Below, one piece after another: positions 18,058 through 29,500 of a stretch of 64,000 nt of DNA. The position numbers were made by a program, and so were the translations under genes. The DNA is taken from assembly GCA_938039295.1 (NCBI GenBank), contig CALHUY010000052.1, positions 1,196-65,195 on the forward strand, written 5' to 3'. How positions within the stretch are numbered: position 1 is the first letter of the stretch; every line of letters begins with the position of its first letter. The DNA comes from an uncultured Solobacterium sp. GTDB lineage: Bacteria > Bacillota_I > Bacilli_A > Erysipelotrichales > Erysipelotrichaceae. Under the pieces are notes generated by a model, which did no database searches, was not told where the DNA came from, and saw only the letters and a program-made list of their open reading frames with translations.

Positions 18058-18624
18058 TTAGATTTTTCCTCTATTCTTCATCTCTTGAATAAACATCGCC
18101 ATGGAAACTGTCTTCGCATCAGGAATTTTTCCTTCCATAATTCGTTCTATCAATTCCTCTAAGCTATATTTATAGATTTGAATCTTTTCATCTTCATCTA
18201 AGTGTTGACCAATGTATTGATCTACTTTTGCATAATATAAATCGATGACTTCTGTATCATAGGCAGGAGTCGGATATATCTTACCCATATAGATCCAATC
18301 TTTTCCTGTATATCCTGTTTCTTCTTGGATTTCTCTTTTCGCAGTTGTAAGTGAATCTTCACCTTCTTCTTTTTTGCCAGCTGGAAATTCTAATGTTTCT
18401 TCTTGTTGTGCATATCTAAACTGTTTAACGAAGAAGAATTTACCGTCATCATCTTCAAGTGCGATACCAACTCCACCAATGTGCTGCACAACTTCCCTTT
18501 CAACTGTCAGATTTTCTTCTATTTCAACTATATCTTTATATACATGTAAAATCTTTCCTTCAAAGATTTCTTCTCTTGTTAGTAATCTATTCATAATGAT
18601 GTTCCTTCTCCATGCGGATATCAT
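18058..18624 (-). CDS. NUDIX hydrolase (ADP-ribose pyrophosphatase-like)
   Basis: Nudix box GKKEEGEDSLTTAKREIQEETGY (Gx5Ex7REUxEExGU). Confidence 0.8.
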   Translation of the reverse strand: MISAWRRNIIMNRLLTREEIFEGKILHVYKDIVEIEENLTVEREVVQHIGGVGIALEDDDGKFFFVKQFRYAQQEETLEFPAGKKEEGEDSLTTAKREIQEETGYTGKDWIYMGKIYPTPAYDTEVIDLYYAKVDQYIGQHLDEDEKIQIYKYSLEELIERIMEGKIPDAKTVSMAMFIQEMKNRGKI

Positions 18625-18928
18625 ACACTAGATATATTTGAAATACCGTGAAGAATTGATGAAATACAATAGATATTGAAAAGTTATTATTTATACTTTT
18701 CTTTTATATTTCTTGTAAATATACATGCATGCATATCTGTATATGACCATTACATCATGCATCATGAAAATTTTTCCTTTCAGAATCAATGTTTTATTTA
18801 CATCATTTTCAGTATATTCTTTCTCATATCGCTATCTATGTAAATAAAATATAAAGATTTTATCTTTTTATGGGTTCATGTTTTCTATTTTGTTCTATAA
18901 TTAATATGTTCTATATGGGAGGAAAACT

Positions 18929-20005
18929 ATGAACATCAAGAAAGCATTGGCTTCAGTTTTGACACTTGCTTTATTAGCAGGTTGTACAGGCGGTAACTCA
19001 ACAGCTTCAAACACTACAGCATCAACAAATGATAATGGTCGTAAGCAACCTGCAGAAACAGGTTCTAAAGATATCGACACATTGAAGTTCCAATTTGTTC
19101 CATCAAGACCAGTTGATGAAATTAAGGCCACAACAGAAGGCCTAGATCAATTAGTCATCGAAGCAATGAAGAAGAGAGGCTACAACATTAAGAATGTTGA
19201 AATCTCTGTCAGTGATTCTTATGAAGCCGCTGGTGAGGCTTTATCTGCTGGTTCAGTAGACGTTGCTTGGTTACCAGGTGGTACTTATGCATTATATTCA
19301 AATGAATCAGATGTTATCTTAACAGCTACACGTAAAGGCTTATCTAACGATTCCGAAAAACCTGCTGAATGGAATGGCGATGCACATATGACTGTGAATA
19401 AGGATACTCCAGTTACATATTACAAAGGCTTAATTTATGCAGGACCATCTGAATATGGACAAGAGCTTGCTAAGAAAGTCAATGCTGGTGAAGCATTAAC
19501 TTGGGAAGACTTAAACAAGGCTAAGTGGGCAGTTAGAGACGTTACAAGTTCTGCTGGTTATATCTATCCTACAATGTGGTTAATGGACAACTACGATGGT
19601 AAGACTATTAGTGATCTAGCTAACGTTACAACATTAGACTACGCTGGTGAATTCATGCAGGCTGCTGCTGGACAGATCGACGTTATCGTATGTTACGCTG
19701 ATGGTCGTCAAGACTATGCAAAACAATGGCAAGAAGAATGGGGTCGCAAGGATTCTATTTGGAATGAATTGAATGTTATCGGTGTTACAAAGAATATCTA
19801 TAACGATACAGTATCTGTAACAATGGCTAAGGAAGACATCTATAATAAGGAATTCATTGAAGCAATGCAGGATTCCCTCATCGAAATCGCAAATACAGAT
19901 GCAGGTAAGAAGATCTTCGGTATCTATAAGCACACAGGTTATGCTAAGGCTGAAGATGCAGATTACGATGGAGCTCGTCAAGCTTTATCTGTAATTGAAA
20001 AATAA
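18929..20005 (+). CDS. phnD: phosphonate/phosphite ABC transporter substrate-binding lipoprotein (PhnD family)
   Basis: Lipobox LLAGCTG, PhnD-like periplasmic binding fold, first gene of a binding protein-ATPase-2 permease operon. Confidence 0.75.
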   Translation: MNIKKALASVLTLALLAGCTGGNSTASNTTASTNDNGRKQPAETGSKDIDTLKFQFVPSRPVDEIKATTEGLDQLVIEAMKKRGYNIKNVEISVSDSYEAAGEALSAGSVDVAWLPGGTYALYSNESDVILTATRKGLSNDSEKPAEWNGDAHMTVNKDTPVTYYKGLIYAGPSEYGQELAKKVNAGEALTWEDLNKAKWAVRDVTSSAGYIYPTMWLMDNYDGKTISDLANVTTLDYAGEFMQAAAGQIDVIVCYADGRQDYAKQWQEEWGRKDSIWNELNVIGVTKNIYNDTVSVTMAKEDIYNKEFIEAMQDSLIEIANTDAGKKIFGIYKHTGYAKAEDADYDGARQALSVIEK

Positions 20006-20021
20006 GATACATAAATTTATG

Positions 20022-20054
20022 TGGGCGATATTCGAAATATCGCCCATTTTATTT
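20022..20054 (+). terminator. intra-operon hairpin/attenuator between phnD and phnC (GGGCGATATT-cga-AATATCGCCC + T-rich)
   Basis: Perfect 10-bp stem followed by ATTTTATTTCGTTTT. Confidence 0.5.
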
Positions 20055-20113
20055 CGTTTTTAATGTATGATTATTTCGTAAATAATCTATGCATATAGTG
20101 ATGGAGAATAGAT

Positions 20114-20896
20114 ATGATTGAATTTAAAAATGTTTCTAAGACCTACCCAAATGGTACAAAAGGTCTACAGAATGTGAATCTAAAGATTGAACAGGGAGAG
20201 TTTATTGCGATTATTGGTTTATCCGGTGCAGGTAAATCTACACTCATTCGTACAATCAATCGCATGATTGACATTACTGAAGGTGAATTGATTGTTGATG
20301 ACATTAATGTTAGTGAACTCAAAGGAAAATCACTACGTCGCTTTAGACGAAAGATTGGTATGATCTTCCAATCCTTTAACTTGGTCAGTCGTTCAACTGT
20401 TATCCGTAACGTTCTAACAAGTAATGTTCCTGATATGCCTTGGTATAAGGTTCTTCTTGGAATTTATTCCAAGGAACAAAAAACTCACGCACTAGAAGCT
20501 TTGGATAAAGTTGGTATTTTAGATAAAGCATATAATCGTTGTGATGAGTTGTCTGGTGGACAACAACAGCGTGTCGCATTAGCACGTACACTCAACCAGA
20601 ATCCTTCGATTATTCTCGCAGATGAGCCAGTCGCTTCGTTAGACCCTATCATGGCGGATGTTGTTATGAGTGACTTTGCAAGAATCAACAAAGAAATGAA
20701 TATCTCTATCCTATTAAATATTCACCATGTCGATCTAGCGTTGAAATACGCTACTCGTGTCATTGGTGTTCGTTCTGGTCATATCGTTTATGATGGTCCA
20801 ACAGATAAGATCACAAAAGAGATTCTTGATGAAGTTTATAACGGAAAAGCAATTCCAACTTCAAAGGATGATGTAAAGGAAGTTGCAGGCAAGTAA
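20114..20896 (+). CDS. phnC: phosphonate ABC transporter ATP-binding protein
   Basis: Walker A GLSGAGKST, ABC signature LSGGQQQR, Walker B ILADEP. Confidence 0.85.
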   Translation: MIEFKNVSKTYPNGTKGLQNVNLKIEQGEFIAIIGLSGAGKSTLIRTINRMIDITEGELIVDDINVSELKGKSLRRFRRKIGMIFQSFNLVSRSTVIRNVLTSNVPDMPWYKVLLGIYSKEQKTHALEALDKVGILDKAYNRCDELSGGQQQRVALARTLNQNPSIILADEPVASLDPIMADVVMSDFARINKEMNISILLNIHHVDLALKYATRVIGVRSGHIVYDGPTDKITKEILDEVYNGKAIPTSKDDVKEVAGK

Positions 20897-20898
20897 AC

Positions 20899-21744
20899 AT
20901 GGCGAAACAGAAAATGTTAAAAACGCCATTGTTTGACAGAATCTTTAAACCTGAATTAATCACACTGCCAAACGGGCATACCGTTGAAAGACCTCGCAGT
21001 AGAACCCCTTTGATTCTCCTGTTATTTACAATTGTTGTCATGATTTCAATTCGTGCAACAGGTTTTGATTTATCCATCATTATCTCGCGAGCAAAACAAT
21101 TAACTGTGATTCTATCCAAAATTTTCCATCCAAATTTAAATTACTTTCCAAAGGTAATTTCACCATTAATTGAAACCATACAGATGTCCATTGTTGGTAC
21201 AATCATTGGTTCCTTAATTGGTCTACCACTTGCAATTCTCGCATCTAGTAATATCAATAAGAATAAACCAACACTACTTGTGTGTCGCTTTATCTTATCT
21301 GTATTACGTTCCATTCCAACTTTGATTTATGCATATATCTTTGCGTTAATCTTTAGTTTAGGTCCTCTTGCGGGTACAGTCGCTATCGCAGTATTTACGA
21401 TTGGTATCGTTGCCAAGATGTTATATGAAAGTATCGAAACAATCGATATGGGTCCATATGAAGCGATGCAATCATTTGGTGCTTCCACATTACAGTCCTT
21501 CTGGTCTGCGTGTATGCCACAAATTTTACCTACTTATTTAGCGGATTGCTTGTATTGCTTTGAGATCAATGTACGTGCATCCTCCATTCTAGGTTATGTA
21601 GGTGCGGGTGGACTTGGTATCTTAATTCGTGAACGTACTGGATTACGTGCTTACTCTGACCTCGGTATGATTCTAATTACATTATTTGTTGTCGTTTGGC
21701 TCATTGATATGATCAATGATTACCTGCGTTCAAAGTTATCTTAA
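20899..21744 (+). CDS. phnE: phosphonate ABC transporter permease
   Basis: Six-TM ABC permease immediately after phnC. Confidence 0.8.
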   Translation: MAKQKMLKTPLFDRIFKPELITLPNGHTVERPRSRTPLILLLFTIVVMISIRATGFDLSIIISRAKQLTVILSKIFHPNLNYFPKVISPLIETIQMSIVGTIIGSLIGLPLAILASSNINKNKPTLLVCRFILSVLRSIPTLIYAYIFALIFSLGPLAGTVAIAVFTIGIVAKMLYESIETIDMGPYEAMQSFGASTLQSFWSACMPQILPTYLADCLYCFEINVRASSILGYVGAGGLGILIRERTGLRAYSDLGMILITLFVVVWLIDMINDYLRSKLS

Positions 21745-21756
21745 ACAGGAGGTCAT

Positions 21757-22572
21757 ATGTCAGAAAATATTATTGCCAGACTAAATGAAGAACCTAAAAC
21801 AATTTGGGTTAGACTCATAACAGTTGCGATTGTTGTAAGTCTTATGACTTGGGGTTCTCAATCTCTACACTTTAGTGGATTCACAGATTCAGGATTGAAT
21901 GTCGCAAAGGGTCTTGTAAATGGTCTATTGCACCCGAATATCTCTCTTATCTTCGATATGAGTGATAGTGGTATCCCATTCTTACTCTTACAGACGATTG
22001 CGATTGCGGTACTTGGTACTATCATCGGTGCGATTCTTGCGATTCCTGTAAGTTTCCTAGCTTCTACAAATATTGTACCTAAGCCTATCGCTATGTTCTT
22101 CCGTGCACTGATCCTATTGATTCGTACAATCCCTGCACTCATTTGGGCGCTTGTATGGATTCGTGTAACTGGACCTGGCCCATTCTGTGGTGTTGTAACA
22201 CAGTCTGTATGTTCCATTGGTATGATTTCAAAGATGTATATCACAGCCATCGAAGATTTAAATACAGGTATTCTTGAATCACTTGATGCGGCTGGCTGTA
22301 CAACATTCCAGAAGATTCGTTGTGGTATCTTACCACAGCTAAGTGCTTCCTTTATCTCCACTGCAATCTATCGTTTCGATATCAACTTAAAGGATGCGAC
22401 TATCCTTGGTATCGTTGGTGCAGGTGGTATTGGTTCTCCACTCAATAACGCAATCTCATCTGGTAAGTGGTCTAACGTTGGCGCATTCCTATTAACACTC
22501 ATCTTACTTGTTATCTTGATTGAGTATTGTTCTACAAAGGTTCGTGCTCGTTTAGCACACGGAAGAAAATAA
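21757..22572 (+). CDS. phnE: phosphonate ABC transporter permease (second copy)
   Basis: Paralogous permease. RBS AGGAGG before the start. Confidence 0.8.
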   Translation: MSENIIARLNEEPKTIWVRLITVAIVVSLMTWGSQSLHFSGFTDSGLNVAKGLVNGLLHPNISLIFDMSDSGIPFLLLQTIAIAVLGTIIGAILAIPVSFLASTNIVPKPIAMFFRALILLIRTIPALIWALVWIRVTGPGPFCGVVTQSVCSIGMISKMYITAIEDLNTGILESLDAAGCTTFQKIRCGILPQLSASFISTAIYRFDINLKDATILGIVGAGGIGSPLNNAISSGKWSNVGAFLLTLILLVILIEYCSTKVRARLAHGRK

Positions 22573-22582
22573 ATAAATATTA

Positions 22583-22610
22583 AAAGTACCTGCATGCAGG
22601 TACTTTATTT
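22583..22610. terminator. bidirectional terminator (AAAGTACCTGCA|TGCAGGTACTTT palindrome)
   Basis: 12-bp perfect palindrome between the convergent phnE and phosphatase genes. Confidence 0.65.
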
Positions 22611-23379
22611 ATTCTGTATATATGTTTCTTAATCGTTGTAGTTCATCTTGATTGATATTAAACTCTTTCTCAAAGTACTCTTCGATACTTCCATATTCAT
22701 TAAAGATTGCGTCTAGCACAATCTTACCAATCTCTTCTGTTACGCCAAATGTCATGCGGTCTAACTCTTCACGTTCTGGATGTTTCAGAATAATATCTTT
22801 ATCTTCTTCTAGTTTCTTTTGAATCGCTTCGCGATGATATACATTTGTTAGAAGATAATCTTCTAATACGATTTCTCGATCAACCCCTAATGCAAGTAAG
22901 ATTAACATGCATGCTACACCAGTACGATCTTTACCGCTTGCACAATGGATTAAGATAGGCACATCACCCTTTTGGATATGCTCAAATAGAATACGGAAGG
23001 CTTGGTTGTTAAATGGCATTCTTGCATAATAATTCTTTAGTAATGCAAGTTGTTCTATGCCGCCTTCCCCAATACGATTCATTCCTTCGCTAGAGAAGTT
23101 AATTTCTTCGCCACCTTCAGAAACTGCTCCACTGTGTTTAATCATCAAGATATTTGGAAACTCTGGATCTGGTCTTCGTAAGATTTCTTCGTTTGAACGT
23201 AGGTCCATGATGGCACATAATCCTAATTGTTTTAGAACTTCAATTTCAGATTCATTCATACGGAATGGTGCACCACTGCGATAAAAAACATTTTCTTTTA
23301 CACTTCTACCCTCAGTTGTTACATACCCACCGAGCTGTCTAAAATTTAATTTATCTCGAAATCTAGTATCTTTCATCAT
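22609..23379 (-). CDS. protein-tyrosine phosphatase (Tyr_phosphatase_3-like, CX5R active site)
   Basis: P-loop HCASGKDRTG. Confidence 0.75.
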   Translation of the reverse strand: MMKDTRFRDKLNFRQLGGYVTTEGRSVKENVFYRSGAPFRMNESEIEVLKQLGLCAIMDLRSNEEILRRPDPEFPNILMIKHSGAVSEGGEEINFSSEGMNRIGEGGIEQLALLKNYYARMPFNNQAFRILFEHIQKGDVPILIHCASGKDRTGVACMLILLALGVDREIVLEDYLLTNVYHREAIQKKLEEDKDIILKHPEREELDRMTFGVTEEIGKIVLDAIFNEYGSIEEYFEKEFNINQDELQRLRNIYTE

Positions 23380-23497
23380 AGGTTTCTATCCTCAATGTTT
23401 TCATATCATACCACGATTTATGAATCTAACATATTTTGATGCTCAACATGTGATAAAATAGTGTGGCAATTGAGTCATCAATAGAAATGAGGTTTTC

Positions 23498-25018
23498 ATG
23501 ACAGATCGAATTCGAATTTTAGCCACTTCTGATGTGCACGGGTACATCTATCCACACAGTTACGCTGACGGTTCCAGTAAAGATATCGGTTTAGCTAAAA
23601 TCAAAAGTTTAGTTAATATTCTTCGTGATGAGAATACACTCGTATTAGATAATGGTGATGTTTTAGAAGGTTCGCCTTTAATGTATCATCACTTTGTAAA
23701 AACTCCTGATGAAGTTAGTCCTATCACACGTGCTATGGCTGACTTAAACTACGACTATATTAATGTCGGTAACCATGACTTTAATTATGGTGAAGAGGCT
23801 TTGATGATGCACCTACAAAATGCAGGTGCACCATGTATCACTTCTAACTTCTTCTATCATGGAAAGCCATTTGGTCCTAACTATGTTATTCGCCAAGTTG
23901 CTGGTAAGAAGATTGCGATTTTTGGTATTGTTACCCAGTATATTCCTCATTGGGAACAGAAGTCTCATATCAAACATATGCGCTTCGTGGATGCGTATCT
24001 TTCTGCCGAAGCGACTGTAAAACTCCTTAAGCGTTTAGAAAATCCTGACTATATCATCTGTATGTATCATGGAGGATTTGAACGTGACCTCGTTAGTGGA
24101 AGATTAACAGAAGATGAAACTGGCGAAAACGAAGGATATAAGATTCTTAGAAACATCCGTGGTATCGATGTCATGATTTCTGGTCACCAACATCGTACAG
24201 AAGCTGGTAAGCTTTATGACACTTACTATACACAGACAGCAGCCAACGGTGCTGAACTTGCATGTATTGATATCTATCCAGATAACAATACAATTGAACC
24301 TCGTATTCTAAAGGCAGATATTGACGCTGATCCAGAGATGTTAAAACTCTTTGAAACGGAAGAAGCTACTTGCCAAGCGTGGTTAGATCAAACACTTGGC
24401 ACAACAAATGTTGATTTACGTATAACTGATGAATTCGATGCCCGACTACATAAATCTCAAGTCATCACTTTCCTCAATAAAGTCCAACAAGAAAAGACAG
24501 GTGCTGATTTAAGTTCTAATGCCCTCTTCCTTGGCGCAACAGGCTTTGGCAAAGATATTACAATGCGTGACTTAGTCAGTACGTATGTCTATCCAAATAC
24601 TACGGTTGTTAAGAAGATTACTGGTAAGATTCTACGTGAGTATCTTGAAAAGACAGCTGAATTCTGGATGATTCATAATGAACATATCATTGTAAACCCA
24701 TCCTATGATTGGCCTAAACCACAGCACTATAACTACGACATGGTTGATGGTATTGAATATACAATCAAAGTTTCTAACTCTGTAGGACATCGTATTACAT
24801 CCCTTACCTATCAAGGCAATGATGTAACAGATGATATGGAATTTACGATTGCGATGAATAACTATCGTGCAACGGGTGGTGGTAATTACAATATGATTAA
24901 AGAAGCGCCAACTGTTTCAACTGATCTTTCTAGCATGGTAGAACTTCTTGCGAATTATATCCAGGAACACAAAGTCATCGATTTTGAACCAGTTAACAAT
25001 ATCACTGTAATTAAATAA
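23498..25018 (+). CDS. bifunctional metallophosphatase/5'-nucleotidase family protein
   Basis: Calcineurin-like motifs (DVHG, GDVLEG, GNHDF, GHQH) plus a C-terminal 5'-nucleotidase substrate-binding domain. Confidence 0.8.
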   Translation: MTDRIRILATSDVHGYIYPHSYADGSSKDIGLAKIKSLVNILRDENTLVLDNGDVLEGSPLMYHHFVKTPDEVSPITRAMADLNYDYINVGNHDFNYGEEALMMHLQNAGAPCITSNFFYHGKPFGPNYVIRQVAGKKIAIFGIVTQYIPHWEQKSHIKHMRFVDAYLSAEATVKLLKRLENPDYIICMYHGGFERDLVSGRLTEDETGENEGYKILRNIRGIDVMISGHQHRTEAGKLYDTYYTQTAANGAELACIDIYPDNNTIEPRILKADIDADPEMLKLFETEEATCQAWLDQTLGTTNVDLRITDEFDARLHKSQVITFLNKVQQEKTGADLSSNALFLGATGFGKDITMRDLVSTYVYPNTTVVKKITGKILREYLEKTAEFWMIHNEHIIVNPSYDWPKPQHYNYDMVDGIEYTIKVSNSVGHRITSLTYQGNDVTDDMEFTIAMNNYRATGGGNYNMIKEAPTVSTDLSSMVELLANYIQEHKVIDFEPVNNITVIK

Positions 25019-25021
25019 AAA

Positions 25022-25066
25022 AGTGACAATCCTTGTTCTAACGACAAAGATTGTCACTCTTTCTTA
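25022..25066. terminator. terminator hairpin (AGTGACAATC ... GATTGTCACT + CTTTCTT)
   Basis: 10-bp stem with a large loop between convergent genes. Confidence 0.5.
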
Positions 25067-25077
25067 TACTTTTTTCA

Positions 25078-25896
25078 TTAGATATTTTTTATAAATTTCT
25101 CAATCAATTGATTCACAATTTCTGGCTGGTCTGTATTGGAATTATGTCCTGCATGATCAATCCACTCTACAGACTTTCCTGTATATTTCTCATATGCCTT
25201 TAAGTAACGTATACATGAGCCTGCATGGTCTTGCTTTCCACAAATTACCATAGTTGGACATTGTGGCTCATACGGTAAATTCTTTTCTACTGCATCCGCC
25301 AAGCATTGATATCCATGTGCAGCCAGACTAGCATATCGTTTTTTGTCACCATCATATACCTTCATCATTTTAAGCATTAACTGTTTGCCATATGTCGTCG
25401 TGGAAACACCATCTGAACCAACTTTTAACAATGATTTCCATGGATAAATCTGATAGATAGGTCCTACAATTTTTAATAACCATAATTCAATTGCGGTATA
25501 ATACCTTCTTTGTAAAGATGGGGAATCTATCATCACAAGTCCTTTCAATTTATGGGGAAATAATTCAGCGTAAATTTGTCCTAAATATCCACCCATTGAT
25601 TGACCAATGATAACTGGATTTTCAATTCCTTCCTTCGCCAATATTTCATCTAGCCATTTTACTTCGGTAAATAAATCAAAGTCTAGTTCAAAAGGGTAGG
25701 ATGCCGCATGTCCAGGCGCATCCCACACAAATACCCTATATTTATCTTCCATATACGCTAGTTGCTTCTCAAATAATCTATGATCTGCTGTTAATCCCGG
25801 CAAAAAGACTAGTGTATATTCTGACTTAGATACATTCTCATTTATCCAATAATGAATATTCCCAGATTTTGTTTCGTATTTTTTCTCTATCATCAC
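25078..25896 (-). CDS. alpha/beta-fold hydrolase
   Basis: Nucleophile elbow GQSMGG. Typical ~270-aa size. Confidence 0.75.
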   Translation of the reverse strand: MMIEKKYETKSGNIHYWINENVSKSEYTLVFLPGLTADHRLFEKQLAYMEDKYRVFVWDAPGHAASYPFELDFDLFTEVKWLDEILAKEGIENPVIIGQSMGGYLGQIYAELFPHKLKGLVMIDSPSLQRRYYTAIELWLLKIVGPIYQIYPWKSLLKVGSDGVSTTTYGKQLMLKMMKVYDGDKKRYASLAAHGYQCLADAVEKNLPYEPQCPTMVICGKQDHAGSCIRYLKAYEKYTGKSVEWIDHAGHNSNTDQPEIVNQLIEKFIKNI

Positions 25897-25941
25897 GATG
25901 CCTCTATATTTTGTAAACTTGTAACTATCAAAAAGAATGAA

Positions 25942-26262
25942 TCATTTATTTGACTCATTCTTTTTCTTATCCGTTTTGTCTGGTAAGAAGAAGATCTGTT
26001 CTCCATCTTTTGAGAACATGTAGTTAGAACGTGCATAACTCTCCACATAATCTGGGTCTTGGAGCTTTGTCTTTTCTTCAACCAGTAATTCGTTTTCTTC
26101 TTGCATTTGAGCTAACTTTTCTTTGGCTTCTGCCATCTGCTTACGTAGCTGTAGCGTTGTCATGACTTCTCTTCCAACTGCTAATAACATAGCCATCGCT
26201 AGGCCAAGTGCGATGAATGCGACGAATTTCGAATTTAGTTTCTTTTTTCTCTTCTTTGCCAT
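25942..26262 (-). CDS. divIC: septum formation initiator DivIC/FtsB-family cell-division protein
   Basis: Single TM followed by a coiled coil (LQLRKQMAEAKEKLAQMQEENELL). Position downstream of yabO, as in Bacillus. Confidence 0.7.
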   Translation of the reverse strand: MAKKRKKKLNSKFVAFIALGLAMAMLLAVGREVMTTLQLRKQMAEAKEKLAQMQEENELLVEEKTKLQDPDYVESYARSNYMFSKDGEQIFFLPDKTDKKKNESNK

Positions 26263-26289
26263 GTCTTCCTCAATATAGTTTTTATAACA

Positions 26290-26571
26290 CTATTCTGTTT
26301 CTACTTCAAGTGGAGAGGCTATCTTTTCCTCTGAGATAATCTCATAGAGTTCAGATGCATCTTTCTTCTTTTTGACTTCTTCAACCGATAATACACGTAC
26401 CGTAAGTTTGCGATTACCAAATGTAATCGACACAATATCACCTGCCGCAACATCATGTGCTGGCTTTACAATACGACCATTAATTTCGATACGCTGATTA
26501 ACAGCTAACTCTTTAGAAACGGTTCTACGCTTAAGGATACGCGATACCTTCAAAAACTTATCAATTCTCAT
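26290..26571 (-). CDS. yabO: S4-domain RNA-binding protein (YabO/Hsp15-like)
   Basis: S4 motif MRIDKFLKVSRILKRRTVSKELA. Overlaps the mfd stop (mfd-yabO synteny). Confidence 0.75.
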   Translation of the reverse strand: MRIDKFLKVSRILKRRTVSKELAVNQRIEINGRIVKPAHDVAAGDIVSITFGNRKLTVRVLSVEEVKKKKDASELYEIISEEKIASPLEVETE

Positions 26572-29500
26572 TTCTCATGGACTCCTTTGCGGCATAAATA
26601 ATCTTTATTGCCAGGGAAATATTTTGTGAATTCTTTGGTAGGATAACAATGATTGTGCCATTGGTATAGCGTAAAGTCGCATCCTTGGATATCTTTGTAA
26701 TCTTTTCAAAAAGTTTTACACCATCCGCTCTTTGTGAAAAGAGTGGAGAGAATGTTAATTCTGTCTGTCCTCGAATTTCTCGGTAGTTTTCTACGATTGG
26801 TTCTTCTAGTGCGAGGTCTAATTGTTTCTTTAAGAATAATGTGCTGACTTCCTTTGGTAACTTACCATACTGGTCAATCACATCATTCTTATACGCTTCT
26901 AACATCTTCTCATTCTTGATTGCGTCGATACGTTGATACATATCTAACTTATCAAAGTCATCTGGTGCGAACTCCTCTGGAATATAGCTTGTTGTTTGGA
27001 TATTGGTCTTTGGTTTTGGTGTAAGGTCTTCTTGTTTTCGACCATCTTTCTTGGCTTGAATTGCCTCTTCTAGCATTTCAATATACATATCAATACCAAC
27101 AGTATCGATAAAGCCAGATTGGTCTGAGCCAAGAAGGTCACCAGCACCACGGATTGTTAAATCTCGCATCGCAATCTTATATCCACTACCAAGACGAGCA
27201 AACTCTTTGACTGCAGTTAATCTCTTTTGGGCAACCTCAGATAACTGTCTACGTGGAGGAATGAGTAAGTATGCATACGCCAAACGATCACTGCGTCCAA
27301 CTCTTCCCTTGATCTGATAAATCTGTGCTAAGCCAAAGTCTTGGGCATTATCCACTAGAATTGTATTTACATTTGGAATATCAATTCCATTTTCAACGAT
27401 TGTTGTACAGACAAGAATATCGAGTTCCTTCTCGATAAATCTCTTCATGATATCCTCAATCTCTTCTTTGCCAAGCTTGCCATGGACGATTCCAACTCTA
27501 GACTCAGGCACAAGATTTTGTATATTTCTTGCGATGTTATAGATTTGATCAATATTGTTATGAAGATAGAATACCTGTCCATTTCTGGATAGTTCTTTTT
27601 GAATTGCGTCTCGGATTAAATTCTTATCTTTTTCTACAACATAGGTTTGTACACTATAGCGGTTTAATGGGGGTGTTTCTAATAACGATAATGAACGAAT
27701 ACCTACAAGCGACATCTGTAGTGTACGTGGAATTGGTGTAGCACTCAGCGATAATACATCTACCCCATTCTTGAGTTCTTTAATCTTTTCCTTATGTTCA
27801 ACCCCAAAACGTTGTTCCTCATCTACCACTAATAGTCCAAGGTCTTTAAACTTTACATCCTTGGACAGTAAACGATGTGTACCGATAATAATGTCTATCT
27901 TACCTTCTTCTAGTTCCTTTAGTACTTGTTTTTGTTCGGCTGGACTAACAAAGCGGTTTAGTACTTTTACTGTAACTGGAAACTCCTGGTAACGTTTTTG
28001 GAAGGTATGGAAGTGTTGTTCTGCAAGGATGGTAGTTGGACATAGTACAGCAACCTGCTTATTATCACAAACAGCCTTAAAGGATGCTCGGATTGATACT
28101 TCTGTCTTACCAAAACCAACATCTCCACAAACTAAACGGTCCATTGGTTTATTACTTTCCATATCTTTCTTGATTTCCGCAACTGCCTTTTCTTGGTCAG
28201 GTGTTAAATCAAAGGAGAAGGAATTTTCAAACTTCTTTGTCATCTCATTATCTTTTGAAAAGGCAAAGCCAATATGTTGTTCACGATTGGCATAGAGTGT
28301 TAATAAACGTTCTGCGATATTTTCAACATTACTTTGAAGGCGTTGTTTTGTCTTCTCCCAATCACCAGAACCAAGTTTATTTAACTTTGGTACAACCCCT
28401 TCTCTTGATACAAACTTACGTACAAGACGGAATTGTTCTAATGGTACTAATAACTCAGTATTGCCACGATAGATAATCTTTAAGAAGTCTCTTTTCACTT
28501 TTTGAATTTCACGGTTTTCAATACAGATGTATTGTCCAACACCGTATTGGGCATGGACAACATAATCACCTGGTTGAAGTTCGTCATAACCATGAATGAC
28601 TTCCGCATTACGGAACTTATTCTCATATCTACCTTTGTGGTGATGGTAGGCAAAGATTTCCGCTGCTGTATATACCTTTAGATTTTTATCAACGATATAG
28701 AAACCTTGCGCAAAAGAGTTTGTATAGATATTGATACCTTCAACTGGTTCACCATCATCCGTTAAAAGATGATATGGTAGTTTCATCTCTACACATTTAT
28801 CAATGACTGTTACAACTTCTTTTTCCGATAGCGCCAAAACAACCGGCATCGGCTGATGAATCAGTAATAACTTTTGTTCAAGTGTTTCATTAGGAATATG
28901 TAATTCTTCAATGTTGACAACATTCTCTGTAAATGGATCTTCTACAACTTTCTTACCGTGCTTAGAAATACTGTGGATATCATGCCACATCGCAAACTTC
29001 GGTAACATCTTCTCTTCTTGAACCATCTCTTGAATGTAGGTTACTGTTTCTTCATTTAATTTCTTCGCAGAGTCAAGAATGAGTTGTTCATCGGAATAGA
29101 CGATCAGTGGATTTTGCATGTAATCCCAAATACCTGCTGTCTTTGACAGTAATGCCATATAGGAATACATATGTGATGCGAATACCTTTTCACGTAATGC
29201 ATGTAAGTCCGATTCAATTTCGGCAGCCAAGATTGGTTTATTTTCTTTTGATAATAGTTCTTCTGATTTGGTACAGATTTCTTCAATCTGTTCATCTGTA
29301 AAGAATACATCACCTGCCGGTATGATGGTCACTTCACCAATCTTTTCAATTGTCTTTTGTGTAGCTACATCAAAGAAACGGATGGATTCTACTTCTGTAT
29401 CAAAAAACTCAATACGAATTGGTGAATCATAGTTAATGGAATATACATCGACGATACCACCTCTTGCGGCGAAGGTTAATGGTTGGTCGATATGAGCTGT

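Noticed and set aside
18625-18928. 300-bp leader upstream of the NUDIX-yxjG operon / phnD, examined for S-box, T-box or Pho-box elements
   Set aside because: It is extremely AT-rich. No GGTGG/ACCGCG T-box core is present, and no GC-rich S-box helices or clear Pho box were seen.
21858-22361. 167-aa minus-strand ORF inside the second phnE
   Set aside because: It overlaps a canonical ABC permease and no start context supports it.
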